The translations under genes were made by a program, and so were the position numbers. DNA of 64,000 nt from Patescibacteria group bacterium (GTDB lineage Bacteria > Patescibacteriota > Patescibacteriia > Magasanikbacterales > GWA2-37-8). The DNA lies in NCBI GenBank assembly GCA_041649475.1, contig JBAZNA010000001.1, forward strand, positions 197,022 through 261,021, written 5' to 3'. Under the pieces are notes generated by a model that was not told the DNA's origin, searched no databases, and was given only the letters and a program-made list of their open reading frames with translations. This document shows positions 38,843 through 47,979 of this stretch, in pieces (position 1 is the first letter of the stretch; every line of letters begins with the position of its first letter).

Positions 38843-39991
38843 ATGATCACTCACAGAGTAACAACTAAAGTGGCGCCGGAGCCGCCGGTACGTTTTTATC
38901 GCACCATTGCCATTTCTTTTTTAGTTATCACCCTCGCTCTTTTAGGAATTATTATTTTTTTTACCTCTAAAAGCGCCACGGTGGTGATTGTGGCTAAAAA
39001 TGACAACAAGAATATCAGTTTAAATGTTGATATCGGTTCAGATAATAGCAGCTTGTCTATTCCCGGTATTGTCACAACTACGGTTTTTTCCTGGAGTGAA
39101 AAATATTTTCCAACCGGCAGTGACGTGTCAGATGGCGTGGCCACGGGTAAAGCCATAATATACAATGAATCAAATATTTCTCAAACACTGGTAAAGACCA
39201 CCCGCCTCTTGACTTCTGCCGGCGTATTATTTAGATTATCAGAACGCGTTCTGGTTCCCGCGGGCGGCTCCGTGACAGCTGATGTTTATGCTGATCAAGC
39301 CGGCGCCAGCGGCGATATCGGGCCGAGCACCTTTACCGTTCCGGGTTTATCCGCGGACAGGCAGAAGTCAATTTATGCCAAGAGTACTTCAGCCATGAGC
39401 GGCGGAGTGAAGAAAGTTGGGATTCTAACCGATAATGATTTAAAAACAGCTGCCAAGGATTATGATGATAAAGTTGCCAAGGCGGTTAGCGAAGCCCTGG
39501 GGAACAGTCCGTATAATGCTTATGACGCAAAATTGGTCTCGGTAATTGATAAAAATGTTAAAGCCGATCATAAGGCCGGCGACGAAGTAAGTGAATTTAC
39601 TTTGTCCGGCACCAGTAGTGTGGCAGTGGTTTATTACAACAGAACATCTTTGCAAACGCTGGTGGAAAAATCCATCAAGGATAAAATTGATGTCACGACC
39701 GAGAGAATCCTGTCGGCCAGCAAAGATCCACAGGTCTCATTGGTTGATTACGACGTCAAAAAGAATGTCGCCCGGTTTTCCGTGTATCAGGATGTTTTAG
39801 TCACTTTGGATGCCAATGCCGATCGTCTGTCAGTCAGTAATTTTTTTGGAAAAAATAAAGATGATATTGAGAGATATGTTTTGAGTTTACCGCACGTGGT
39901 AGGGGTGGACGCGCAATTTTCACCGTCTTGGATGGGCAGCGCGCCGAGCGTGTCGGATAAGATAAAGGTGGTTGTAAAGAGCGTACAGTAG
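38843..39991 (+). CDS. hypothetical membrane-anchored protein
   Basis: 382 aa with one N-terminal TM helix, then a Ser/Thr/Val-rich extracytoplasmic domain. Confidence 0.4.
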   Translation: MITHRVTTKVAPEPPVRFYRTIAISFLVITLALLGIIIFFTSKSATVVIVAKNDNKNISLNVDIGSDNSSLSIPGIVTTTVFSWSEKYFPTGSDVSDGVATGKAIIYNESNISQTLVKTTRLLTSAGVLFRLSERVLVPAGGSVTADVYADQAGASGDIGPSTFTVPGLSADRQKSIYAKSTSAMSGGVKKVGILTDNDLKTAAKDYDDKVAKAVSEALGNSPYNAYDAKLVSVIDKNVKADHKAGDEVSEFTLSGTSSVAVVYYNRTSLQTLVEKSIKDKIDVTTERILSASKDPQVSLVDYDVKKNVARFSVYQDVLVTLDANADRLSVSNFFGKNKDDIERYVLSLPHVVGVDAQFSPSWMGSAPSVSDKIKVVVKSVQ

Positions 39992-39992
39992 T

Positions 39993-41795
39993 TTGATTAA
40001 TTATATGAATAATGAAAAATTGGAAATCATGAGGCATAGCTGCGCTCATTTGGTGGCGGCGGCTGTTTATGAGCTTTATCCGGACGCAAAGTTCGGCGTC
40101 GGGCCGGTGGTGGAAAACGGCTTTTATTATGATATAGATTTTAAGAAGCCAATCGGTGAAGCTGATTTGGAAAAGATTGAAGCCAAAGCCGGGGAATTGG
40201 CCAAAAAAGATCTAAAATTTGAACGCCAGGAGATGTCTCTTGATGAAGCGATTAAATTTTTCAAAAAAGAAAAACAGGATTATAAGGTTGAGCTTTTGCA
40301 GGATTTAAAAAAGCACGGCACCACCAACCTGAAAGACGTTGAAGAAATGAAAGATATGGATGTAAAAAATGTTTCTTTGTATAAAACTGGGGAGTTTGTT
40401 GATTTGTGCCGCGGACCGCACATCAAGTCCAGCAAGGAAATCGGCGCATTTAAAATCACCAAATTGGCCGGGGCTTATTGGCGCGGTAAAAATGAAAATC
40501 CGCAACTACAAAGAATTTACGGCGTTTGTTTTGCCAAAACATCCGAGCTTGAAGAGTATTTACACATGATGGAGGAGGCGGAGAAAAGAGATCACAGAAA
40601 GATTGGTCAGGAACAGAAATTATTTTTTATTGATGATTTAGTCGGCAAGGGCTTGATCATGTGGCAGCCGAATGGAACAATTATTAGAAATGAAATTGAA
40701 AAATTGGCGGTGGAAGAGGAAAACAAAGGCGGATACGTGCGCGTGGTGACTCCGCACATGGCCAAAGAGGAATTGTATTTAACTTCCAAACACTTGCCAT
40801 ATTACAAAGACAGCATGTATCCGGCCATGACAATGGATGACGGTGTGTATTATTTAAGAGGTATGAATTGTCCGCATCACCATTTGATTTACCGGCACGA
40901 AATGCGCAGCTATAGGGACTTGCCAATCAGAATTGCCGAGTATGGTACTGTTTATAGGAATGAATTGTCCGGAACTCTGGCTGGACTGCTTCGGGTGCGC
41001 GGATTGGCCATGAACGATGCTCATATTTATTGCCGCAAGGATCAAATCAAATCCGAATTTAAAGCCGTGATGGAGCTGACAATGAAATATTTTGACATTT
41101 TTGGGATGAATGACTATTGGTTCAGATTATCAAAATGGAGTCCAAAACATTTGGAAAAATATATCAATGAGCCGGCCAATTGGGAATATGCTCAAAATAT
41201 AATCAGGGAGGTCTTGGATGAAATGAAAGTTAAGTATGTTGAAATAGACGACGAAGCGGCATTTTATGGCCCGAAGGTGGATGTTCAATTAAAATCGGTA
41301 ATTGGCAGGGAAGAAACCATGTCAACCATTCAGCTGGATTTTGTTGCTAAGCAGAGATTTGGCTTGGCCTATACGGACGAGACCGGTAAAGAGAATAATG
41401 AGGTCTTTGTGATTCATCGCGCTCCACTTTCCACTCATGAAAGATTCATGGCGTTTTTAATAGAGCACTATGCCGGCAGTTGGCCGGTTTGGCTGTCTCC
41501 GGTTCAGGTTTTGCTGGCGCCGGTTTCAGAAAAACATGTTGACGGTGCAAAAAAGTTGGCCAAAGAATTGTTTGAAGTCGGAATTCGCGTAGAAATTGAT
41601 GATGCCAATGAAACGATTGGCAATAAAGTGCGCAAGGCCGTGGAACGGAAGATCCCATATATTGTGGTGGTGGGTGATAAAGAGTTGGGCGGGGAGGATT
41701 GGATGATTAGAGTGAGAGGACAGAAGGAGCAAGTGAAGATGTCAAAGGATGAATTTGTTAAAAAAGTAGCTGATGAAATAAGTAAAAGAAAGTAG
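39993..41795 (+). CDS. thrS: threonine--tRNA ligase (short form lacking the N-terminal TGS domain)
   Basis: Begins with the second additional domain (RHSCAHLVAAAV), then the class II catalytic core and a C-terminal anticodon-binding domain. Confidence 0.9.
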   Translation: MINYMNNEKLEIMRHSCAHLVAAAVYELYPDAKFGVGPVVENGFYYDIDFKKPIGEADLEKIEAKAGELAKKDLKFERQEMSLDEAIKFFKKEKQDYKVELLQDLKKHGTTNLKDVEEMKDMDVKNVSLYKTGEFVDLCRGPHIKSSKEIGAFKITKLAGAYWRGKNENPQLQRIYGVCFAKTSELEEYLHMMEEAEKRDHRKIGQEQKLFFIDDLVGKGLIMWQPNGTIIRNEIEKLAVEEENKGGYVRVVTPHMAKEELYLTSKHLPYYKDSMYPAMTMDDGVYYLRGMNCPHHHLIYRHEMRSYRDLPIRIAEYGTVYRNELSGTLAGLLRVRGLAMNDAHIYCRKDQIKSEFKAVMELTMKYFDIFGMNDYWFRLSKWSPKHLEKYINEPANWEYAQNIIREVLDEMKVKYVEIDDEAAFYGPKVDVQLKSVIGREETMSTIQLDFVAKQRFGLAYTDETGKENNEVFVIHRAPLSTHERFMAFLIEHYAGSWPVWLSPVQVLLAPVSEKHVDGAKKLAKELFEVGIRVEIDDANETIGNKVRKAVERKIPYIVVVGDKELGGEDWMIRVRGQKEQVKMSKDEFVKKVADEISKRK

Positions 41796-41855
41796 CTTTT
41801 AATAAAAAGAAAAAAGCACCCATTACCGGGTGTTTTTTTATCCCCAGGTTTACCC

Positions 41856-41884
41856 TTGACCAATTGTCTTTTTTATGCTAAAGT
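41856..41884 (+). promoter_or_regulatory. sigma70-like promoter TTGACC-N17-TAAAGT for cassette f
   Basis: Follows the thrS terminator (GCACCC-ATTACC-GGGTG + T-run at about 41815..41845). A 5'UTR hairpin CCTGCC-AGAGAAA-GGCAGG and an AAGGAGG RBS (41917..41923) follow. Confidence 0.5.
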
Positions 41885-41931
41885 ATGTGGTTCCTGCCAG
41901 AGAAAGGCAGGTCAGAAAGGAGGCCTCTCGG

Positions 41932-42312
41932 ATGACACGGGTCATGAGTTTGATGGCTTTCTACGCGACTTATCGTCTCTTAAAGGTCGCGTACCGTGCG
42001 ACCGAGAGACAGCTTAGGCTATTCTTCGTCCCCAAGCCGGGGTGCGAGGGGGCCTACGAGGTGGATGAGCAAATCTTCGCCAAGGTTCGGACGCTCATCG
42101 TCAATTCCAGGTCGTTTCAGACCGAAATCTACCCGCTGAACGCCAGTGACGTGGGGGAAGATTTCCGCCTTGGCGACCAGGATTTCACCGGCTCGGTGAT
42201 GGTCTGGCTGAAGGAAGTAGATCCTTTAGACGCACTGTTTACCGACAGAATCAAGGAGGTTGTGTTCGGAGAGGAGAAAGAGTATCGCTTTCAGTGCGGT
42301 TCCCGCAACTAG
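41932..42312 (+). CDS. hypothetical protein, compositionally foreign (G+C-rich cassette f)
   Basis: The ORF-track start at 41875 would lie inside the -10 box. The in-frame ATG at 41932 sits 8 nt after AAGGAGG (MTRVMSLMAFYATYRLL..., 126 aa). Confidence 0.45.
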   Translation: MTRVMSLMAFYATYRLLKVAYRATERQLRLFFVPKPGCEGAYEVDEQIFAKVRTLIVNSRSFQTEIYPLNASDVGEDFRLGDQDFTGSVMVWLKEVDPLDALFTDRIKEVVFGEEKEYRFQCGSRN

Positions 42313-42406
42313 CATCTGGGCGCTCATCTTCACTCCTCTCCGGGCGCCTTTACTACTTGGACTCGGATTGGTATAATATATTTACTAAAATTTAATTTTA
42401 TATCAT

Positions 42407-42973
42407 ATGTTAAGCGAAGCATCAGCAAGAGCGGCAAAAGCCAGACAATTTCGCGCTAAAAATGCTGAAGTAACCGTACCTCATAGAGAGGCCGCCAGAA
42501 AACTTAAAGCCCAGATGAAGGAAGAAAAACAGGCAACAGCAAGAAATATGGTTCGTGAGGAAATTGAAACTTTGGCTGACAAATTGGAGGCGGAAGGAGA
42601 TAAAGCAATAAATGGAGTTTTAGGCACCATAATTGAAAATGGCGATGTTGATGATTTGGATGTTTTAAAAATGTTAGACGGTTTCTGTTATCTGAAAAGA
42701 ACAGAATTAGAACATGACAAAGTTGATAGAAGTATTTTGATGAGAGATGATACCTTGAGGGCGCAGGTGAAAAAAGCTTTAGAAAATTATAGCACCGGTG
42801 TTAAAAACCAAAAGAAAATTTTTGACGCCAGTGCGGGATTTGAAACCGGAAAGGAATACGCGCTTAAAGAAGGTGAAGACGCCATCAATGAACTTATGAG
42901 CCGGGCCCGTCAAAATATTGACGGTTTGATAACCGACAGAATCAACGAGATGGCTAACGAAGGAAAAAATTAA
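42407..42973 (+). CDS. hypothetical protein
   Basis: 188 aa, charged and helical; its stop overlaps the miaB start. Confidence 0.4.
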   Translation: MLSEASARAAKARQFRAKNAEVTVPHREAARKLKAQMKEEKQATARNMVREEIETLADKLEAEGDKAINGVLGTIIENGDVDDLDVLKMLDGFCYLKRTELEHDKVDRSILMRDDTLRAQVKKALENYSTGVKNQKKIFDASAGFETGKEYALKEGEDAINELMSRARQNIDGLITDRINEMANEGKN

Positions 42974-44259
42974 TGTCCGGTTTTTATCACATCACAACCT
43001 TCGGCTGTCAGATGAATAAAAATGACTCCGAGCGTCTTTCGGCTCTGTTAAATTCCCTTGGTTTACAAAACACAATTCGGCCGGAACAGGCCGATTTGTT
43101 GTTTATAAATACCTGCAGTGTCCGCCAGCATGCGGAAGACAGGGTGTTTGGCTTGGTGAGGGAATGGCAAAAATTACGGTCGGCCAAACCGAATTTGATT
43201 ATCGGCGTTACCGGCTGTATGCCGGGCAGAGACAAGGACGGAAAGCTGAAAGAAAAAATTCCGGGAGCGGATTTATTTTTTGGCATTGAAGAAATGGTGA
43301 TGTTGCCGAAATGGATCAGGGGATTAAATCCGGATTTGATTGCGCCAGCCAAGGGTTTAAGCGACTATCTTTTGATTAATCCGGTGAGAGAAAATAAAGC
43401 CAAGGCGTTTATTACGATTGCTACCGGCTGTAATAATTTTTGTACCTATTGCGTAGTGCCTTATGCGCGTGGCCGGGAAAAGAACAGGCCGGCTAAAGAT
43501 ATTTTAAATGAGATTAAGACCGCGGCTGTGGATGGCTGTAAAGAGGTAACTCTGCTGGGTCAGACCGTAAATAATTATAAAGATGGAGATTATGACTTTG
43601 TTGATTTGCTGGAGGATGTGAATAAAATTAGCGGGATTGAACGAATAAATTGGACGGCTCCGGATCCGCAGTATTTTAACGATCGTCAGATTGAGGCCTT
43701 AAAATTGCCCAAGCAAATGAATTATTTGCATTTACCAGCGCAAAGCGGGGATAATGAGATTTTAAGAAAAATGAATCGCAAATATACGCGTGAAGATTAT
43801 ATTAATTTGGTGAAAAAAATTCGCGCCGCTCGGCCGGAAATCGCTTTGGGCACTGATTTGATCGTTGGCTTTTGCGGAGAAACCGAAGAACAATTCCAAA
43901 ACACTTTGGATTTATATAAACAATGCGATTTTGATATTTCCTATCACGCCATGTATAGTTCAAGAAGCGGAACAGCCGCGGCCAAGGCGTTTAAAGATGA
44001 TGTGCTCCAGGAAGAAAAAAAGCGCCGTTGGCGCGCGGTTCAGGATTTGATGGAAGAAATTGTTTATCGGAAAAATCAAAAATATTTAAATCAGACAGTT
44101 TCGGTTTTGGTTGATTCGTGCGAAGAGGGGGTATGTAGCGGAAATTCCAGCGAGATGAAACTGGTTCAGTTTCCGGGCAATGAAGATTTAATTGGCCAGA
44201 TTATTGATGTTAAAATCACCAGGCCGGAGATGTGGGTGTTGAGAGGAGTGCTAGTTTAA
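42973..44259 (+). CDS. miaB: tRNA-2-methylthio-N6-dimethylallyladenosine synthase (radical-SAM methylthiotransferase, MiaB-like)
   Basis: MTTase N-domain Cys triad (FGCQMN...NTCSV...GCM), radical-SAM CxxxCxxC (CNNFCTYC), and a TRAM domain. Confidence 0.8.
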   Translation: MSGFYHITTFGCQMNKNDSERLSALLNSLGLQNTIRPEQADLLFINTCSVRQHAEDRVFGLVREWQKLRSAKPNLIIGVTGCMPGRDKDGKLKEKIPGADLFFGIEEMVMLPKWIRGLNPDLIAPAKGLSDYLLINPVRENKAKAFITIATGCNNFCTYCVVPYARGREKNRPAKDILNEIKTAAVDGCKEVTLLGQTVNNYKDGDYDFVDLLEDVNKISGIERINWTAPDPQYFNDRQIEALKLPKQMNYLHLPAQSGDNEILRKMNRKYTREDYINLVKKIRAARPEIALGTDLIVGFCGETEEQFQNTLDLYKQCDFDISYHAMYSSRSGTAAAKAFKDDVLQEEKKRRWRAVQDLMEEIVYRKNQKYLNQTVSVLVDSCEEGVCSGNSSEMKLVQFPGNEDLIGQIIDVKITRPEMWVLRGVLV

Positions 44260-44286
44260 TTAGAATATTATTTGGTAGAGGGTACA

Positions 44287-45174
44287 CTAAAGTTTGATAC
44301 TTTTGAGAGATATTTTTAAATATAAATTTGAAGTCTTGTTTATTAAGAATTTTAATGTTTTGGGCAATACCCTGTCTAATAATGCAAGAAACGAGATAGT
44401 ATATATTAAGGTTAAAAAATTATTTTTAAGTATCGTGATTATAAAATTTGGTTTATAATCCATCTTCCAGAATATTATATAAAGAATAAAATGTAATATG
44501 CAGAAGAATGCTATTGGCCAGAATGGAGCTTTAAAACCAAGTAGATCCCATTTTTCTGGCTCACCGAATTGGTTATTACTTTCGGGCGAGTTATAAATTT
44601 TATCATTCTTCATAATCCTTGACCAAATATCAGTGAATTTGGTTCCAGATATTATAAGTAGTAACCATTGAAAGCAGTCAGATATAAATTTTATAATATC
44701 GGTTATAATTACCCTCCAAAATAATAATTTTAACCTAAGTTTAAAACCCTTTAGTGGCATGGTTGGTTTTGTATGAAGCAAGTATAGCTCGTCGAGTAAC
44801 ATATTTGCTGTTATTTCTTTATTTTTTTTATAAAATTTGTTCAAGATAACATCATAAAAATACTCATCATTTGAAGTAAAATCTATCGGGCCAGTAACTT
44901 TTTTTATTTTATCTTGGTTACTCAATGATATGTAAGATCCTTTGTCATCTTCTTTAAGTTTTCCATAGCTAACCCTTATGGATAGGGGTTTAATGTTGCC
45001 ATCCTTCAGTACATTTTCATTACTGATGTAAATATAGAATATTGATCCCCAATCGTCTGAACCCATTTTTCTAATTATACTAAAGCCAAATTTGCAATCT
45101 TTTAAAGGAGTGAGATTCAAAAATAATCCATTAGTTCCTATATTAAAATCTTTTATGAAATCTTGATTTTCCAT
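44287..45174 (-). CDS. hypothetical membrane protein in a very AT-rich gene (compositional outlier in the opposite direction)
   Basis: 295 aa: soluble N-terminal half, then 3 to 4 TM helices. Codons are dominated by A/T and the gene lies antisense between miaB and miaA. Confidence 0.45.
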   Translation of the reverse strand: MENQDFIKDFNIGTNGLFLNLTPLKDCKFGFSIIRKMGSDDWGSIFYIYISNENVLKDGNIKPLSIRVSYGKLKEDDKGSYISLSNQDKIKKVTGPIDFTSNDEYFYDVILNKFYKKNKEITANMLLDELYLLHTKPTMPLKGFKLRLKLLFWRVIITDIIKFISDCFQWLLLIISGTKFTDIWSRIMKNDKIYNSPESNNQFGEPEKWDLLGFKAPFWPIAFFCILHFILYIIFWKMDYKPNFIITILKNNFLTLIYTISFLALLDRVLPKTLKFLINKTSNLYLKISLKSIKL

Positions 45175-45291
45175 ATATAAATTTTATGTTAATAAATTGT
45201 AATCAATTTTTGCTTATTTCCATTAAAACTGCTAGAATGTTTAAAGTTATTCAGATTATATAGTAATTGTGTAGTTAAGTCAAAAATTCAC

Positions 45292-46188
45292 ATGGACCGA
45301 ACCCTGCCAAAATTAATCGTCATCCTCGGTCCCACCGGCTCCGGGAAAACGGATCTGGGGATTGCGGTTGCCAAAAAGTATAATGGCGAAATTATTTCGG
45401 CTGATTCAAGACAGATTTACAAACAAATGAACATCGGCACGGCCAAGCCCAAGGGGGAGTGGCAGGACGGCGCTTATACTGTAAACGGCGTTCCGCACTA
45501 TCTAATGGATATAATCAATCCGGATGAAAATTTCACGGTGGCGGATTTTAAAGAGCAGGCCACTTTCCATATCAATGACATTTTAAAACGTAAAAAATTA
45601 CCTATTATTGTCGGCGGCACCGGATTGTATATTCAATCAATTGTAGATAATTTGGATATTCCTAAAGTGGCGCCCAGCACCGAGCTAAGATCAGAATTAG
45701 AAAAGAAAACCCAGCCGGAACTTATAGAAATATTAAAACAACTTGATCCGGAATCTGCCGAAAAAATAGATTTAAAAAATCCGCGCCGGGTTTTGCGGGC
45801 GCTGGAAGTGGCAATGATAACCGGTGAATCATTTTTTAATCAAAGAAAGAAGCAAGTGCCACTTTATGACGCCAAAGAATTTGGTATCAACATTTCCAAA
45901 GAGGAATTATATAGACGACTGGACGCCAGAGTGGACCAACAAATCAAAGACGGGCTGGTTGAAGAAGTAAAAAATTTATCTCAAAAATACAGTTGGGATT
46001 TGCCCAGCATGAGCGGAATTGGTTATAAACAGATCGGCTGCTTCCTGCGTGGCGAAATGACTTTGGAACAGGCAATTGAAGTTTTAAAGAGAGATACCAG
46101 AAGATATGCCAAGCGCCAAATGACCTGGTTTAAAAAGGATCAGAGAATAAATTGGATTACTGATTTAGAAGAATTTCATCTCCCATGA
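45292..46188 (+). CDS. miaA: tRNA dimethylallyltransferase
   Basis: P-loop GPTGSGKT and the ...ISADSRQIYK... motif. Confidence 0.85.
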   Translation: MDRTLPKLIVILGPTGSGKTDLGIAVAKKYNGEIISADSRQIYKQMNIGTAKPKGEWQDGAYTVNGVPHYLMDIINPDENFTVADFKEQATFHINDILKRKKLPIIVGGTGLYIQSIVDNLDIPKVAPSTELRSELEKKTQPELIEILKQLDPESAEKIDLKNPRRVLRALEVAMITGESFFNQRKKQVPLYDAKEFGINISKEELYRRLDARVDQQIKDGLVEEVKNLSQKYSWDLPSMSGIGYKQIGCFLRGEMTLEQAIEVLKRDTRRYAKRQMTWFKKDQRINWITDLEEFHLP

Positions 46189-47971
46189 AATCAAGACGCT
46201 GACCTGTCACAGTGTCATCGGCCTGAACATGAACCTTGGAAACAAGCGTATTTTGGGTAGGATTGAGTTTGCTTAAGATCAAGGTAAATGGCATAGCCAG
46301 GGTATCGGCGTTTTCCGGCATTTCCGGAATCGTCCAGGTAATTTTTTTAGCCGCGCTGTCAAAATTGAAAGTTCCGGCCGGAGCGGATGGCTGACCTTGC
46401 AAACTAACATCGCCGTAAACATCAGCCGTTAAAGTCACATTCTTCAAAGCATGAAAGTGGTTGGTCAGCACCCAGTTGATTTGATGGGTTTTGTTGTCGC
46501 CGGAAGCGCTGTCGCGCGGATCAAATTTTAAATCGGAATTTAAAGTGATCACAATCAGATTGCTGGAAATGGTGTGGCTGGCGCCGGTGGAATCAGTATA
46601 AGAGACCTCGGCGGCGGCATTTATTTGAAAGGCGGATAAATTGGAAAGATCAAAATTTTCTGAAGTTTTTATCGGAATCTTTGTATCAATGGTAATTTCA
46701 TCTCCTTTGTTAACCGCTCCCAAACCGGCAATCTGTGTTTTGCTAAAGGTCATCTCTCCGCGTCTTATAGTGTCGCTGATTTGTACGCCTTTGATGTCCG
46801 CGTTATATTTATCAACTTCCTGCGACCAATCCAAAACACTCTGCCGGTTTAAAGATGGCGCGTCCAAATTCAATTTAACAATCGCGTTTTTTAGATTACT
46901 GTTGCTGGTGTTTTTAAGATCAATCGTGATGTTAAGCATGTCCCCGGGCTGGGCATTGAAGTTAGCCATTGTTCCGTTCATGGTTAAACTGAATCCCAAA
47001 TCACTTTGCAAAAGTTCTGTGTTAAAGTCGGTTTTGGCCAATTGGAAAACTTTATCATTGGCCGAAGAACTCAAGATACCCGAAATTGTGTTCGCGGACG
47101 AAGAGCTGGAGAATTTGCCGAATAATTTAAAAGTGTAACCGGTGTTGGCTGTGGTTGAAGGGCCTGCGGCCAAATCAATTGACCATTTTTTATTTTTGTT
47201 TAAAACCGGTGTGGCTGAAGCGATGTGAAAATTAGCAGGCACTGAAGGAATTAAATCTAGTTTGCTGACTCGGGACGGGTTTTCTTGCTTGACGGTAAAG
47301 TCATACTCAACCAGATTGCCGATGGCCGCTTTGTCCGGGCCGGCTATAGTCAGAGAGAACGGAGAATTGGTGGTTTTAACTTCTAAAATCGCGGTTTTCT
47401 GAAATTCAGAATTAAAATTTTCCGGTTGATAGGTTAAGAAAGCCCGCCAGGATTGGCTCTGGTCGGTTGAGCCATAAGTGATGCCGGTGATGGTGATGGT
47501 TCCAACTTGGAAAGGGGACAGCTTGCCCAGATCCCATTGGGTATGGCCGGTGTTTTGCGCGTCCGGATTGCTGGAAATGAAGATAAAACCAGCCGGATAT
47601 TCAACATTTAAGACCGCGCTTTCAAGCGACAAGTTTTGGTTGTTTTTATAATCAATTTGGTAGGTGGTGGTTACTCCGGCCATGATGTTATCTGGACCGT
47701 TTACACTAAGATTGACTTTGTCGGCGGAGAATTTTCCGTTTCCGGGCATTAGGAAAAAGCCGATCCAGGCAATGGCGGCGAGTACCGCGCAAAAAATAAT
47801 AAAAATAACCAGAGTTTTTAAAAAAGAACGGCCTTTTTTAATTTTAATTTTTTTCATATCAGGCAAATTACCATGGTCATCTTCATAAATTGAAACCAGT
47901 TGTTTTTCAATCTGTGAGTTTTTAACACTGGCTAATTTTTTTGTCGTCATCCTTTTGCGCGGCGTAGGCAT
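46157..47971 (-). CDS. large hypothetical secreted/membrane-anchored protein
   Basis: 604 aa with an N-terminal basic segment plus a TM helix, then a long Ser/Thr/Asn-rich beta-rich ectodomain. Second gene of a two-gene operon. Confidence 0.45.
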   Translation of the reverse strand: MPTPRKRMTTKKLASVKNSQIEKQLVSIYEDDHGNLPDMKKIKIKKGRSFLKTLVIFIIFCAVLAAIAWIGFFLMPGNGKFSADKVNLSVNGPDNIMAGVTTTYQIDYKNNQNLSLESAVLNVEYPAGFIFISSNPDAQNTGHTQWDLGKLSPFQVGTITITGITYGSTDQSQSWRAFLTYQPENFNSEFQKTAILEVKTTNSPFSLTIAGPDKAAIGNLVEYDFTVKQENPSRVSKLDLIPSVPANFHIASATPVLNKNKKWSIDLAAGPSTTANTGYTFKLFGKFSSSSSANTISGILSSSANDKVFQLAKTDFNTELLQSDLGFSLTMNGTMANFNAQPGDMLNITIDLKNTSNSNLKNAIVKLNLDAPSLNRQSVLDWSQEVDKYNADIKGVQISDTIRRGEMTFSKTQIAGLGAVNKGDEITIDTKIPIKTSENFDLSNLSAFQINAAAEVSYTDSTGASHTISSNLIVITLNSDLKFDPRDSASGDNKTHQINWVLTNHFHALKNVTLTADVYGDVSLQGQPSAPAGTFNFDSAAKKITWTIPEMPENADTLAMPFTLILSKLNPTQNTLVSKVHVQADDTVTGQRLDFMGDEILLNQ

Positions 47972-47979
47972 ATAGGTAA

